Assembly: GCA_038227875.1 (NCBI GenBank)
Contig: JBBRPR010000007.1
Span: 64,001 to 128,000, forward strand
Source of the DNA: Planctomycetota bacterium
GTDB lineage: Bacteria; Planctomycetota; SZUA-567; H5-PLA8
DNA: 64,000 nt
Reading direction: 5' to 3'
The notes beneath the pieces were generated by a model that ran no database searches, was not told the origin of the DNA, and saw only the letters and a list, made by a program, of their open reading frames with translations. Position numbers and translations under genes: made by a program. Position 1 is the stretch's first letter; each line of letters begins with the position of its first letter. This document shows, piece after piece, positions 19,922 to 29,195 of this stretch.

Positions 19922-20761
19922 TCAAAAGGCCTTCTCAATCTCCAGCTTGTCGCCCGACGGATTTTTCATGCGCACGGCCAGCGCGGTCGGATCGTGATTC
20001 AGCAGCACCAGCGTGTTGTTGGCCACGCATTCGGCGAAGAGTTTGCGCTTCATCTCCAGTGTCTCGATCGGGAAGAGATCGTAGGCCATGATCCAAGGCA
20101 AATGGCGGTGCGCGGTGGTCGGCATCATTTCACCGATGAACATCGCCTTCTGCCCGCCCGATTCGATCCGCACGCCAACGTGGCCGGCGGTATGGCCGCC
20201 GGTGCGAAAAAGCGAGATTCCCGGCACCACTTCCAGCGTGTCCTCGAAGGTTTCAAAACCGCAGTCGGCTTCGATCGGCGCGATGTTGTTGAGAAAATAC
20301 GTGCCGCGCTGAATCTCGTTCGGCCGCCGCGCGACTTCCAGTTCGCGGCGCTCGACGATATGTCGCGCGTTGACGAAAACCGGCTCGGCAACGCCGCGCG
20401 AATTGAGTTGCGTGTTCCAGCCGGCGTGATCGAGATGCAGATGCGAATGGATCAGGATGGTGACATCTTCGGGCTTCACGCCCTGCGCCGCGAGTTCTTC
20501 GAGCAGGCGCGGACGTGGATCGATGTCGTAGATGTCGCGCTGCTTCTCGTTCCACTTTCGCCCCAGCCCGCAGTCGATCAGGATGACTTCCTTGCCTGCC
20601 CGAATCAGCGGGCAGTTGCAGGCCAGGAGCATGCGGTTGCGCGCGTCCGCCTCGCGTTCGCGTGTCCAGAGCGGCTTGGGCACGATGCCAAACATCGCGC
20701 CGCCGTCCAGGCGGAACGTGCCGTCGGTGAGGAGTTGGATTTCGAAGTCGCCGAGTTGCAT
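19922..20761 (-). CDS. MBL-fold metallo-hydrolase (YtnP-like)
   Basis: LDGGAMFG, SHLHLDHAG, GHTAGH. Confidence 0.88.
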   Translation of the reverse strand: MQLGDFEIQLLTDGTFRLDGGAMFGIVPKPLWTREREADARNRMLLACNCPLIRAGKEVILIDCGLGRKWNEKQRDIYDIDPRPRLLEELAAQGVKPEDVTILIHSHLHLDHAGWNTQLNSRGVAEPVFVNARHIVERRELEVARRPNEIQRGTYFLNNIAPIEADCGFETFEDTLEVVPGISLFRTGGHTAGHVGVRIESGGQKAMFIGEMMPTTAHRHLPWIMAYDLFPIETLEMKRKLFAECVANNTLVLLNHDPTALAVRMKNPSGDKLEIEKAF

Positions 20762-20813
20762 GGGGGAATTATGGGGGAAGGCTCAGGAATTTTCCACGCA
20801 CCAATTGTTGCGA

Positions 20814-20971
20814 ACAGATGGGATCGGGGATCGGACATCAGGCATCGGTCGTTCGGGAAACAAATCCGCGTGAATAGTTCGTCTTCCACAACCCATCTTC
20901 AGAAGGGGCCATTTGTCCGATAGGCATTCCAATCGACCGATGCCAGATGCCCGACCCCCGATCCCATCTGT
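20814..20971. repeat. Heptamer-based inverted-repeat element (GGGATCG type)
   Basis: 38-nt arms 20814-20851 and 20934-20971 with 3 mismatches; second copy at 46670-46851. Confidence 0.75.
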
Positions 20972-20982
20972 ACGGCAGTTCC

Positions 20983-21759
20983 TCACCACGTCCCGAAAAG
21001 CGTCCGCGCATTCTCCGTGGTGATCCGCCGGATCGCCTCCGTCGTCGTGCCTCGAACCTCGGCCAGCGTGGTGACGATGGCGGTCATGAAGGACGGTTCG
21101 TTGCGGCGCTGGTTGCGGAAACCTTGCGGCGAGAGGAACGGGCAATCTGTTTCGAGCAGCAGTCTGTTCTCCGGCATCACGGCGATGGCTTCGCGAATCG
21201 CCGTTGACTTGGGAAAGGTGACGATGCCGCCGAGGCCGAAGTAGAGATCCAGTTCCATCGCACATTTGGCGTGATCCACCGACGCGGTGAAACAGTGCCA
21301 GACGCCGCGCAGTGGCCGCTTGAGGCGATCGCGTTCCAGCGCGAGCATCCCCAGCATTTCGTTCTCCGCATTGCGGCAGTGGAGAATAAAAGGCAGATTT
21401 TCATCCGCGGCGACGGTCAAGTGAGTGAGAAACGATTCGACCTGTTTCTCGCGCGGCGCGGTCTCGCGGTAAAAATCGAGGCCCGTTTCGCCGATGGCGA
21501 CCACGCGTTTGTTCTTCACCGTCTTGCGCAGTTCGTCGCCCATCGCCGTGTTGTACGCCTGGGCATGATTGGGATGCACACCCACCGCTACCCGCAACGA
21601 CGGATACATCTCCGCAATATCGAGCGTGCGGTACCAGTCTTCCGGCTCGGTGGCCACGGAGATAAAGGCGACAACTCCGGCGTCTGTTGCTCGCTGGATC
21701 ACCGCGGCGCGGTCGCCGTTGTAGTCGGGGAAGCTGAGGTGGCAGTGCGTGTCAATCAT
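20983..21759 (-). CDS. tatD: TatD-family hydrolase
   Basis: IDTHCHL, GVHP, AIGETGLDF, HCR, WHCF, LETDCPFL. Confidence 0.92.
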   Translation of the reverse strand: MIDTHCHLSFPDYNGDRAAVIQRATDAGVVAFISVATEPEDWYRTLDIAEMYPSLRVAVGVHPNHAQAYNTAMGDELRKTVKNKRVVAIGETGLDFYRETAPREKQVESFLTHLTVAADENLPFILHCRNAENEMLGMLALERDRLKRPLRGVWHCFTASVDHAKCAMELDLYFGLGGIVTFPKSTAIREAIAVMPENRLLLETDCPFLSPQGFRNQRRNEPSFMTAIVTTLAEVRGTTTEAIRRITTENARTLFGTW

Positions 21760-21766
21760 GTGAGGC

Positions 21767-22744
21767 TCATGCGCTCTTCGTTTTTGAACTCTTTTGTTTC
21801 TGAAAACTGAACACGGTTTTCAGTTTCGGAATTCCTGTCGTCGCACCGATGGCCTGAACGCATTGCGCACTGACGGCATTTCCCAGCCGCGCGGCGTCCT
21901 GCGGCGCTTCGCCACGCAGCAGACCGGCAAGCAATCCGGCCATGAAACAATCGCCGGCGCCGCAGGTGTCGACGCACTTCACTTTATAGCACGGGATTTC
22001 AAAATAGCCTGCATCGGAGAGCACCGCGCAGCCCTTGTCGCCGAGTTTCACGCCGGCAATCTTGACGCCGAACTTGCGCAGCGCGTTGCAAATCTTGCGC
22101 GGGTCGGTCTCGCCGGTGATCGCCGTTGCTTCGACTTCCGACGGAAAGAGCACGTCCAGATACGGGTAACTGGGCTCCAGCAGCGCGCGCCATTCCTTCG
22201 GCGTGAAGCGGTCGTTGATCGCCGTGTCGGCGGCCGTCTTTGCGCCTGCTTTCTTCGCGGCCTTCAGGACCTGCGCCAGATCCTTGCCATGCAGTCCCGG
22301 CAGCAACGCCAGTCCGCCGACGCAGACCCACTTCGCGCCCGTGAACAACGATGTGTCGATGTCCTTCGGCCCGAACGTGGCGTTGGCGGCCATGGTGTGC
22401 AGGATGCGGCGGTTGCCGTGCTTGGGCACCATCACAAAGGAGAACGATGTCGCATCGGCACGCGACCGGCGCAGGCCGCGGATGTCGACGCCATGTGCGG
22501 ACAGCTCACGCGCCACGTAATCGCCGAGTCCATCGGTGCCGATCTTGGCGACGAGGCCCACGTTCAGGCCGAGTTTGGCCAGCGCCAGCGATGTATTGTT
22601 GGCGCAGCCGCCGAGATGCATCTCGACGCGGTCGAACAACGCCAGTGCACCCTCATCGGGAATGCTGTCGACGTACACGCCCACGGCATCGACGACCACG
22701 TTGCCCAGACAGACAATGTCCAATCGCTTTGCGGCTTTGCCCAC
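21767..22744 (-). CDS. PfkB-family carbohydrate kinase
   Basis: GGCANN, VDTCGAGDCF. Confidence 0.9.
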   Translation of the reverse strand: MGKAAKRLDIVCLGNVVVDAVGVYVDSIPDEGALALFDRVEMHLGGCANNTSLALAKLGLNVGLVAKIGTDGLGDYVARELSAHGVDIRGLRRSRADATSFSFVMVPKHGNRRILHTMAANATFGPKDIDTSLFTGAKWVCVGGLALLPGLHGKDLAQVLKAAKKAGAKTAADTAINDRFTPKEWRALLEPSYPYLDVLFPSEVEATAITGETDPRKICNALRKFGVKIAGVKLGDKGCAVLSDAGYFEIPCYKVKCVDTCGAGDCFMAGLLAGLLRGEAPQDAARLGNAVSAQCVQAIGATTGIPKLKTVFSFQKQKSSKTKSA

Positions 22745-22774
22745 GATTCGTTACGCCTCCCGAAATGGTCCGAT

Positions 22775-23137
22775 TCAAAACGCGCCTGCAAGAATTCCAG
22801 ATTCCGTAATCACACCTTTACTAGCCAGAATCCAAACCACGTCGAAACGGCAGTCTGGAGGAACTTTGGATTTCAAATGCTTCATCAAAAACCATTCCGC
22901 CGCGCGTCGGACTTTATTCTGCTTGGACGGCGTCACAGTTTCCGCCGGCGAGCCGTGGCTGATGCTTGAACGCGCCCGGACTTCCGTAAAGACCAGCGTC
23001 TTGCCGTGCCACGTCACTAGATCCAATTCACCGATGGGGCAGACGAAATTCCGCGCGACCAGTGTGTCGCCCCGTTTCTTGAGCAACCCCCAGGCATGTT
23101 CTTCGCCCGCCGGGCCAAGTTTTTTGAGATCGCCCAT
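22775..23137 (-). CDS. yraN: YraN (UPF0102) family protein
   Basis: GPAGEE..ARNF..GELDLV..LVFTEVRAR..RFDVV. Confidence 0.88.
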   Translation of the reverse strand: MGDLKKLGPAGEEHAWGLLKKRGDTLVARNFVCPIGELDLVTWHGKTLVFTEVRARSSISHGSPAETVTPSKQNKVRRAAEWFLMKHLKSKVPPDCRFDVVWILASKGVITESGILAGAF

Positions 23138-23234
23138 CGGCTTACGCGTCTCTATTTAAGATTTGCCCCGTGGCACATGCTTGTATGGCGGTTATAGTTC
23201 AAGTCGCGGGGGTTTCCACGTCAGGGGTGCGGTG

Positions 23235-24518
23235 ATGAACGGATCGGCCAAACGACGTCTAGTTCTTGCCTTACAAGCCACGCTGCTGCTGGCGTTTGTC
23301 GCCGGCGCTCATGCCGAAGACGGTGCCTCGCGCGCAGCGAAAGCCGGCGCGCTGGCGACGGTCAACGGGCAGCGCGTGCTCCATATATATGGCGGCGACA
23401 TCAAAGAGCGCGGCTTCGCGCATGGTTATCTGCTCGCCGAACAGATCCGCGACGATTTCGATGCCGCGATGAAGAGCCTGCCGTACTTCAGCGGCCAAAA
23501 ATTCGAAACCATGCTCGTCCCGTTCGCGCAATCGCGCTTTGAATGGGACGCTGACAGCACCGCGGAACTCGATGGCATCTACGAAGGCATGCTGGCTCGA
23601 TTGGGCGATGCGGGAATGAAGTCGGCGGTGCTGGAGCGGCCGTACAACCGCAAGGATATCGCGGCCATCAACGTGATCGCCGATTACTTTGGCCCGGCGT
23701 GTTCGGGTTTCGCTGTCTGGAATTCGCGGACCGAAGGCGGCGCCGTGGTGCACGGCCGCAACTTGGATTTCCCGATCGGCCGCAAGCCGGTCTCCGATCA
23801 GGTTCTGTTCGTGACCGACGCGTTGCCCAAACGCGACGCCGCTCCCGCGCGGATGCAGTGGATCTGCCTGGGTTGGCCGGGCTTGATCGTGCAGTTTTCC
23901 GGCATGAACAGCGCCGGTCTCGTCGCGTGCATCCATGACGGCTACAACATCAATCACGGTGACAAGGGCAGCGGCTATGTCGCGCGCGGTTTGATGCTGC
24001 GGCGCATTCTGGAAAGCGTCGATCCTGCCGCATCCGAGCCCGCCGAAGCCGCCTCGAAAATCGTGGCGCAGAAGCCGACCGCCTGCGGCAACCTCTTTCA
24101 CCTCTCCTGGCCGTCCGCCGATGCGAAAAAATTCGGCGTTACGCCCAGCGCCGTGCTGGAGTTCGATCCCGCCGACCAGACGCCGAAAATCCGCCGCATG
24201 GACGCCTCCGATGCGCTGGTGGTGACCAATCATTTCCGCGTGCTCTGCACCCCCGTGGAATGCAAGCGCTACGACAACATCACCGATGGCCTGGAACTGT
24301 TGAAGAAGGCGAGCCGCAAAATCGGCCAGGGCGAAGCGCAGAAGCTGCTGATGGCCGCCGAACAACCCGTGGCCGCGCACTCCGTCTATTTCTACCCCGA
24401 CACCATGGAATTCCGCATCGCGCTGACCAAAGAGAACGTCATGTCGCCGCACGTGCCTCCAACGGCGTTCACGTTCAAAGCCCTGTTTGAACAGCCGACC
24501 GAACATGCATCGAAGTAG
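23235..24518 (+). CDS. Secreted C45/Ntn-hydrolase family protein
   Basis: Signal peptide, RGFAHG, ACSGFAVW..HGRNLDF, GMNSAGL, TNHF. Confidence 0.8.
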   Translation: MNGSAKRRLVLALQATLLLAFVAGAHAEDGASRAAKAGALATVNGQRVLHIYGGDIKERGFAHGYLLAEQIRDDFDAAMKSLPYFSGQKFETMLVPFAQSRFEWDADSTAELDGIYEGMLARLGDAGMKSAVLERPYNRKDIAAINVIADYFGPACSGFAVWNSRTEGGAVVHGRNLDFPIGRKPVSDQVLFVTDALPKRDAAPARMQWICLGWPGLIVQFSGMNSAGLVACIHDGYNINHGDKGSGYVARGLMLRRILESVDPAASEPAEAASKIVAQKPTACGNLFHLSWPSADAKKFGVTPSAVLEFDPADQTPKIRRMDASDALVVTNHFRVLCTPVECKRYDNITDGLELLKKASRKIGQGEAQKLLMAAEQPVAAHSVYFYPDTMEFRIALTKENVMSPHVPPTAFTFKALFEQPTEHASK

Positions 24519-24527
24519 CGCGTTTCC

Positions 24528-25550
24528 CTAAGTGGGGTCCCCCACCCACCGTTTCACACTTCCAGGTGCGAGAATTCGGGCGGCGTTGGTGAAGACGGCG
24601 TCGGGAAAACCGCGGGCGCGTTTGATGCTCACGTCGCGTTCCAGAAAGCTCCAGATCTTCGCCAGCGCGCGGACGCGACTCCAGCCCAGGACGAGCAGAT
24701 TCTCGTAGGCGCCCGGCGGCACGGGATAATCCGAGCCGTGGATCAGCTTCTCGACCACGCCTTCTTCGCGCAAGATGCGCGCGATCCAGCGTGTGCGGCC
24801 GGGCGTGCAGAAGGCCGAGGTGTCGCCCCAACAGTTGGGATACTTCCGAGCCAGCGCGCAGAAGTCGGGCATCCAATGTCCGTCGAAAATGCCGCTCTTG
24901 GTGCCGCAGTGCGCCATGATCACGACCACGCCGCGCTCGAGCGCCGGGATCATCATCTTCGGGTCGCCGAGCTCCGGGCGGATCACGCTGACCGTGTGTT
25001 CACCGCCGGTGTGGACAATCAGCGGCACGTTCTTCTTCACCAACAGATCGTAGAGCGGAAAGCAGCGCTTATCCTGCGGGTCCATACCCTGAGAATTGGG
25101 CAGCCACTTCAGCGCCGCGGCACCGCGCTCGATCCACTTGGCGACTTCGTCCAGCGCGTCTTTGCGATACGGATGGACGCTGGCCGCCGGGAGAAACTTG
25201 CCCTTCGCATTCTCACAGCACTGAAATGCGTACTCGTTGGGCACGTAAAGTTCCTGCCCGCGCTCCATAACGTCGCCAGATTCGGTGTAGATCCGTTCGT
25301 GCGCAAAGACGAGGGCGGCGTGGAGCGCTCCGTGATCTCGCGCCTCGCCAACATCGCGTTCGAGACGCTCGAGGTACGCCTGATCGAGCCGCTGCTGGCG
25401 GTGGGCATCGTAGATGCCGAGTTTCCAGCGCATCAGCTTGTAGAGCAGCGTCTCGAACTTCCGCGCGTCGATGAAACAGCCCGTGCCGCCGTGGCCCAAG
25501 CCCGCGAGATGGGTGTGCGCATCGATAATGGGGAGCACGGGGTCGGGCAT
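24528..25550 (-). CDS. Amidohydrolase family protein
   Basis: IDAHTH, SVHPY, VHTGGE, AHCG, HGSDYP. Confidence 0.85.
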   Translation of the reverse strand: MPDPVLPIIDAHTHLAGLGHGGTGCFIDARKFETLLYKLMRWKLGIYDAHRQQRLDQAYLERLERDVGEARDHGALHAALVFAHERIYTESGDVMERGQELYVPNEYAFQCCENAKGKFLPAASVHPYRKDALDEVAKWIERGAAALKWLPNSQGMDPQDKRCFPLYDLLVKKNVPLIVHTGGEHTVSVIRPELGDPKMMIPALERGVVVIMAHCGTKSGIFDGHWMPDFCALARKYPNCWGDTSAFCTPGRTRWIARILREEGVVEKLIHGSDYPVPPGAYENLLVLGWSRVRALAKIWSFLERDVSIKRARGFPDAVFTNAARILAPGSVKRWVGDPT

Positions 25551-25559
25551 CAGGACGAA

Positions 25560-26090
25560 CTACTTCGACCCGAAATTGGTCAATTGCATCGTCACCGCGC
25601 CGCGGTCGGAGGTGCCTTCCATTTTCACCATGCCGCCCAGGCCGATACCTTTGGCCATCCAGACTTTTCCGTCGATCGGCGTGCCGGCCTTACTTGTGCC
25701 TTTGTAATGCATCCAGTGCGCGTCGTAGTCCTTACCGTTGACGGTGACTTTTTCGTCGCCTTCATCCACCTTCTCTACTTTCGCGTCGGGATCATTGACG
25801 CCGGGGTTGTAGGGTTTGTCGAGCGGAATGGTGATTTCGCGGCCGGGGACAGCGTGGCCCATGACGGAGATATCGGTCTTCACCGTGATGCTCTTCTCGT
25901 CCTTCGCGGTGACGGTGCGCTTCTGCGTCATCTCGACGTCGTGGCCTTTGGCACTGCCTTTCATGGAGTACTCAGCCCAGTCGCCGACCTTTGCGTCTTT
26001 CAGGCCGTTCGGCACGGCGTCTTCAGCACGGACGGCATTCAGCGACACAAGACACAGGACCAGCGCTGCAACCACGGTAGTCGATTTCAT
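25560..26090 (-). CDS. Secreted hypothetical protein
   Basis: Signal peptide, KVGDWAEY, beta-rich. Confidence 0.75.
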   Translation of the reverse strand: MKSTTVVAALVLCLVSLNAVRAEDAVPNGLKDAKVGDWAEYSMKGSAKGHDVEMTQKRTVTAKDEKSITVKTDISVMGHAVPGREITIPLDKPYNPGVNDPDAKVEKVDEGDEKVTVNGKDYDAHWMHYKGTSKAGTPIDGKVWMAKGIGLGGMVKMEGTSDRGAVTMQLTNFGSK

Positions 26091-26170
26091 CGGAGTTCCT
26101 TTAGAGAGTCGGATTTTTAATGAGGTGCGGAATTATACGCGCCAGAGGACCGCGAACAAAGGTAGAAGCG

Positions 26171-26857
26171 CTACTTCGCCGGCTCCGGAGACGTGTCTGA
26201 ATCCAACCTGGGCGTCGGCGGCGCGGCGGCGCGTGCTTTCTCGCGAATCGCGTTGCGTTCGGAGCGGATCTTCACGGCGGCATAGATGGTTCCGGCGATG
26301 CCGCCGAGATAGATCCCGATCGTCACGCCCCAGATCGCCAGAAAGCGCTGCAGCTTCTCCGGCTCCTTGGAAATCAACGGCGCCAGCTTCGATCCGAAAC
26401 GCAGCGGATCGAAGAGCACTGAGATGATCGCCGTGAACGGCGAACAGAGGACACCAAAAACGATCGGCACGAACGCGAGCACAAACAACCGCTTCCACGG
26501 CAGCGGTGCGAGGCCGGGTTTCGGATTGTTCGCGGCGACTAGCGCGCCGCCGCAGACCACGCCGATGGGAAAACCGATCTGCAAGGACTTGATCGCGACG
26601 GCCATGCGGAACGTTTCGTCTTCGGGGGCGTCCTGCATGTAGTAGAAAAACTCGTGTGAGATCGATCCGGTGATGGCGTTGGCGATCAGCAGGTAGACCA
26701 TCCCGATTCCGCCGATGGCCAGGATGAATAGGTATTCCTTCCAGCGCCGCGACTGCGAGCCGTTCTTACGCCAATCGTAATGGACCATGATCAGCATAAA
26801 GAAGATCAGCCACGCGATGCGCCAGGAGTAAGAGAGATCGAGAATGCGGTCTATCAT
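26171..26857 (-). CDS. Hypothetical membrane protein
   Basis: About 5 hydrophobic segments. Confidence 0.7.
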   Translation of the reverse strand: MIDRILDLSYSWRIAWLIFFMLIMVHYDWRKNGSQSRRWKEYLFILAIGGIGMVYLLIANAITGSISHEFFYYMQDAPEDETFRMAVAIKSLQIGFPIGVVCGGALVAANNPKPGLAPLPWKRLFVLAFVPIVFGVLCSPFTAIISVLFDPLRFGSKLAPLISKEPEKLQRFLAIWGVTIGIYLGGIAGTIYAAVKIRSERNAIREKARAAAPPTPRLDSDTSPEPAK

Positions 26858-26886
26858 GCCAACCCTTCACAGGTACGAACGAATGG

Positions 26887-27699
26887 TCAGCCCTTCTCGA
26901 GGAATTTCTGGATCGCCGGCAGCGGGCGTTCGTCGAAAATGTATTCTGGCGTGCCTTGCGCCGCGACGAATCCGCCGTCCATGAAGACCGTGCGGTCGGC
27001 GATGTCGCGGGCGAAGTCCATGTCGTGAGTGACCAGCATCATGGTCATGCCTTCGGCAGCCAGATCGCGGATGACCTTGAAGACTTCCTTGGTCAACACG
27101 GGGTCGAGCGCCGAGGTAGCTTCGTCGAAGAGCATCACGTCGGGGCTCATCGCCAGAGCTCGCGCGATCGCGACGCGCTGCTGCTGGCCGCCGGAGAGCG
27201 TGCCGGGATCGCAGGGATGCTTCTCCCACAATCCGACCTTGCGCTGCATTTTCTCGGCGATGGCGTGGCACTCGTCGCTCGGTTTTTTCAGCACATACCG
27301 CGGACCGCTCATGACGTTCTGAATCACACTGAGATGCGGAAAGAGATTGAAGCGCTGAAAGACCATGCCGACATGCTGCCGCAGAAACTGTGCCTGGGCC
27401 TGCTCGGCACTGGTGGCGTGATGGCCTTCGGGCTTGCCGCTGCTGACGATTTCGCCGTTCAGCAGCACGCGGCCTTCCTGGTACTGTTCGAGCAGATTGA
27501 GGCAGCGGAGAAACGTCGATTTGCCGCAACCGTTGGGGCCGAGAATCGTGACGACTTCGGCGCGCTTGACGGCCAGATCAATGCCTTTCAGCACGTGCTT
27601 GGGGCCGAAGCTTTTCTTGATGCCTTGAGCTTCAAGAATGATGCCGTTTCCGGAACCGGAAACGGCTGCTGCGGGAGCGTTCTGCGTGGCCATGTTCAT
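26887..27699 (-). CDS. Polar amino-acid ABC transporter ATP-binding protein (GlnQ-like)
   Basis: GPNGCGKST, VFQRFNLFPH, LSGGQQQR, FDEATSALDP. Confidence 0.9.
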   Translation of the reverse strand: MNMATQNAPAAAVSGSGNGIILEAQGIKKSFGPKHVLKGIDLAVKRAEVVTILGPNGCGKSTFLRCLNLLEQYQEGRVLLNGEIVSSGKPEGHHATSAEQAQAQFLRQHVGMVFQRFNLFPHLSVIQNVMSGPRYVLKKPSDECHAIAEKMQRKVGLWEKHPCDPGTLSGGQQQRVAIARALAMSPDVMLFDEATSALDPVLTKEVFKVIRDLAAEGMTMMLVTHDMDFARDIADRTVFMDGGFVAAQGTPEYIFDERPLPAIQKFLEKG

Positions 27700-27745
27700 A
27701 TGTGTGATGAGAGTTTAGCAGGCGGACGCATTTGCGTGCAAGGAA

Positions 27746-27867
27746 TTTGCAGGCGGGACGCCTGCACCACAATTTGCGCCTGCGGCGCTGCTGCATGAAT
27801 TGTGGTGCAGGCGTCCCGCCTGCAAAACGGTGGAACCCTTAGTAGCCATGGCTACTAAGGGTTCCAC
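27746..27867. repeat. REPIN-like pair plus a 38-bp perfect palindrome
   Basis: Perfect 29-bp arms 27746-27774 and 27798-27826 (GTGGTGCAGGCGTCCCGCCTGCA); palindrome 27830-27867. Confidence 0.8.
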
Positions 27868-27965
27868 ACCTAGCACAGTGTGGTAATCCGATGCACCTTG
27901 ACAGGTCTCACCTAATCGGGGACATTTGAGAGGTTCATTCTACGCGTAAACCAACTGGAGTTGCG

Positions 27966-29087
27966 ATGGCCGACAAGCCCGTGCTGCTCGTGGTTCAGCA
28001 AGTCACCAGCTGCGCGCTGCTGCGGCCGGGTGATCGTTGGATGTTCGTGGGCAAAGAGGTCTCCAAACCCGGCGGCGGGAAATTCTGCGGGCCGGGGTTG
28101 TGCTCGGTCTATTCGAAATTGCAGGACATCATCAAAAATTCCGTCGACGGCAAGTTGCCCGACGACTATCTGCTCTGCGACGCACCCGGCTGCGACGCGG
28201 CCTTTCGCATGGAGTTCAGCGAGTCGGCGCCTGATCCCACGGGGGCTCAGCCCGTTCCCGCCGATGGCATCCGTGCGGCAAGCACCACCCGGCGGCTCGA
28301 CCGCCCCCTGTCCTCCGCAACGACAATCGCGAAAAAGGCCGGACCGTTTCTCTCGCGCCTTCCCAAAGAACTGGCGGCGGAGCTGGTCACGTCCTGCAAA
28401 GCGATTCGCTACGAAGATCAGCAAGTCATTCTGATGCAAGGCATCGCCGGCGAGCACCTTTATATTGTCGCGGAAGGCAAGGTCGACGTCGTCCGCTACT
28501 CCAACGAACGCGAAGAGACGATCCTGGTGACGCTGCATTCCGGCGACTGCTTCGGCGAAATGTCGATCCTGACGGGCGAACTGACCTCCGCGGAAGTGCG
28601 CTCGAACGGCAATTCGACGGTCTTCACGCTCCACCGCGACAAGCTCGAAACACTGCTGATGAAGCGGCCGGCGCTCTCGCGGGAATTTTCGAAACTTCTT
28701 GCCGATCGCCTGAAAGCAACCAACGTCTCGCTCGAAAGCGAACTCAGCCGCGGCATCCTCGGCAAGCTTTCGATGATTTCGCTGGTCGACCTGGTTCAGA
28801 CGCTCCACCAGAGCCGCCGGACGGGGACGCTGATTCTGAATTACTCCGGCGAACGCGCGACCATCGGCTTCACCAATGGAGCAATGATGACGGCGACCGC
28901 CGGCGACGTGCTGGGCGAGGAGGCGTTTTTCCGCATCGTCTGCTGGCCGGACGGCGATTTCTGTTTCGAACAGAAGGAGCCGTCGCCGTCGGATCCAGGG
29001 CAGGTGCACACGGATATGATGGGTTTAATGATGGAAGGCATGCGACGTTTGGACGAAATGAAAACGCGGCCGGGGATGATGCGGTAA
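27966..29087 (+). CDS. Cyclic-nucleotide-binding plus DUF4388 domain protein with Cys-rich N-terminus
   Basis: LYIVAEGKV..GDCFGEMSIL (cNMP); GKLSMISLVDLVQTLHQSRRTGTL..GEEAFF..WPDGDFCF (DUF4388). Confidence 0.85.
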   Translation: MADKPVLLVVQQVTSCALLRPGDRWMFVGKEVSKPGGGKFCGPGLCSVYSKLQDIIKNSVDGKLPDDYLLCDAPGCDAAFRMEFSESAPDPTGAQPVPADGIRAASTTRRLDRPLSSATTIAKKAGPFLSRLPKELAAELVTSCKAIRYEDQQVILMQGIAGEHLYIVAEGKVDVVRYSNEREETILVTLHSGDCFGEMSILTGELTSAEVRSNGNSTVFTLHRDKLETLLMKRPALSREFSKLLADRLKATNVSLESELSRGILGKLSMISLVDLVQTLHQSRRTGTLILNYSGERATIGFTNGAMMTATAGDVLGEEAFFRIVCWPDGDFCFEQKEPSPSDPGQVHTDMMGLMMEGMRRLDEMKTRPGMMR

Positions 29088-29195
29088 ATTCTACAAGAGC
29101 GGTGAAACAGACGCCCATTTTGTGCGTCATTCACAGTGACTGTTGACCGGATCGGAAGTTGAAGTTTACAGACACCTTTCACGGAGAGTCCGGCC

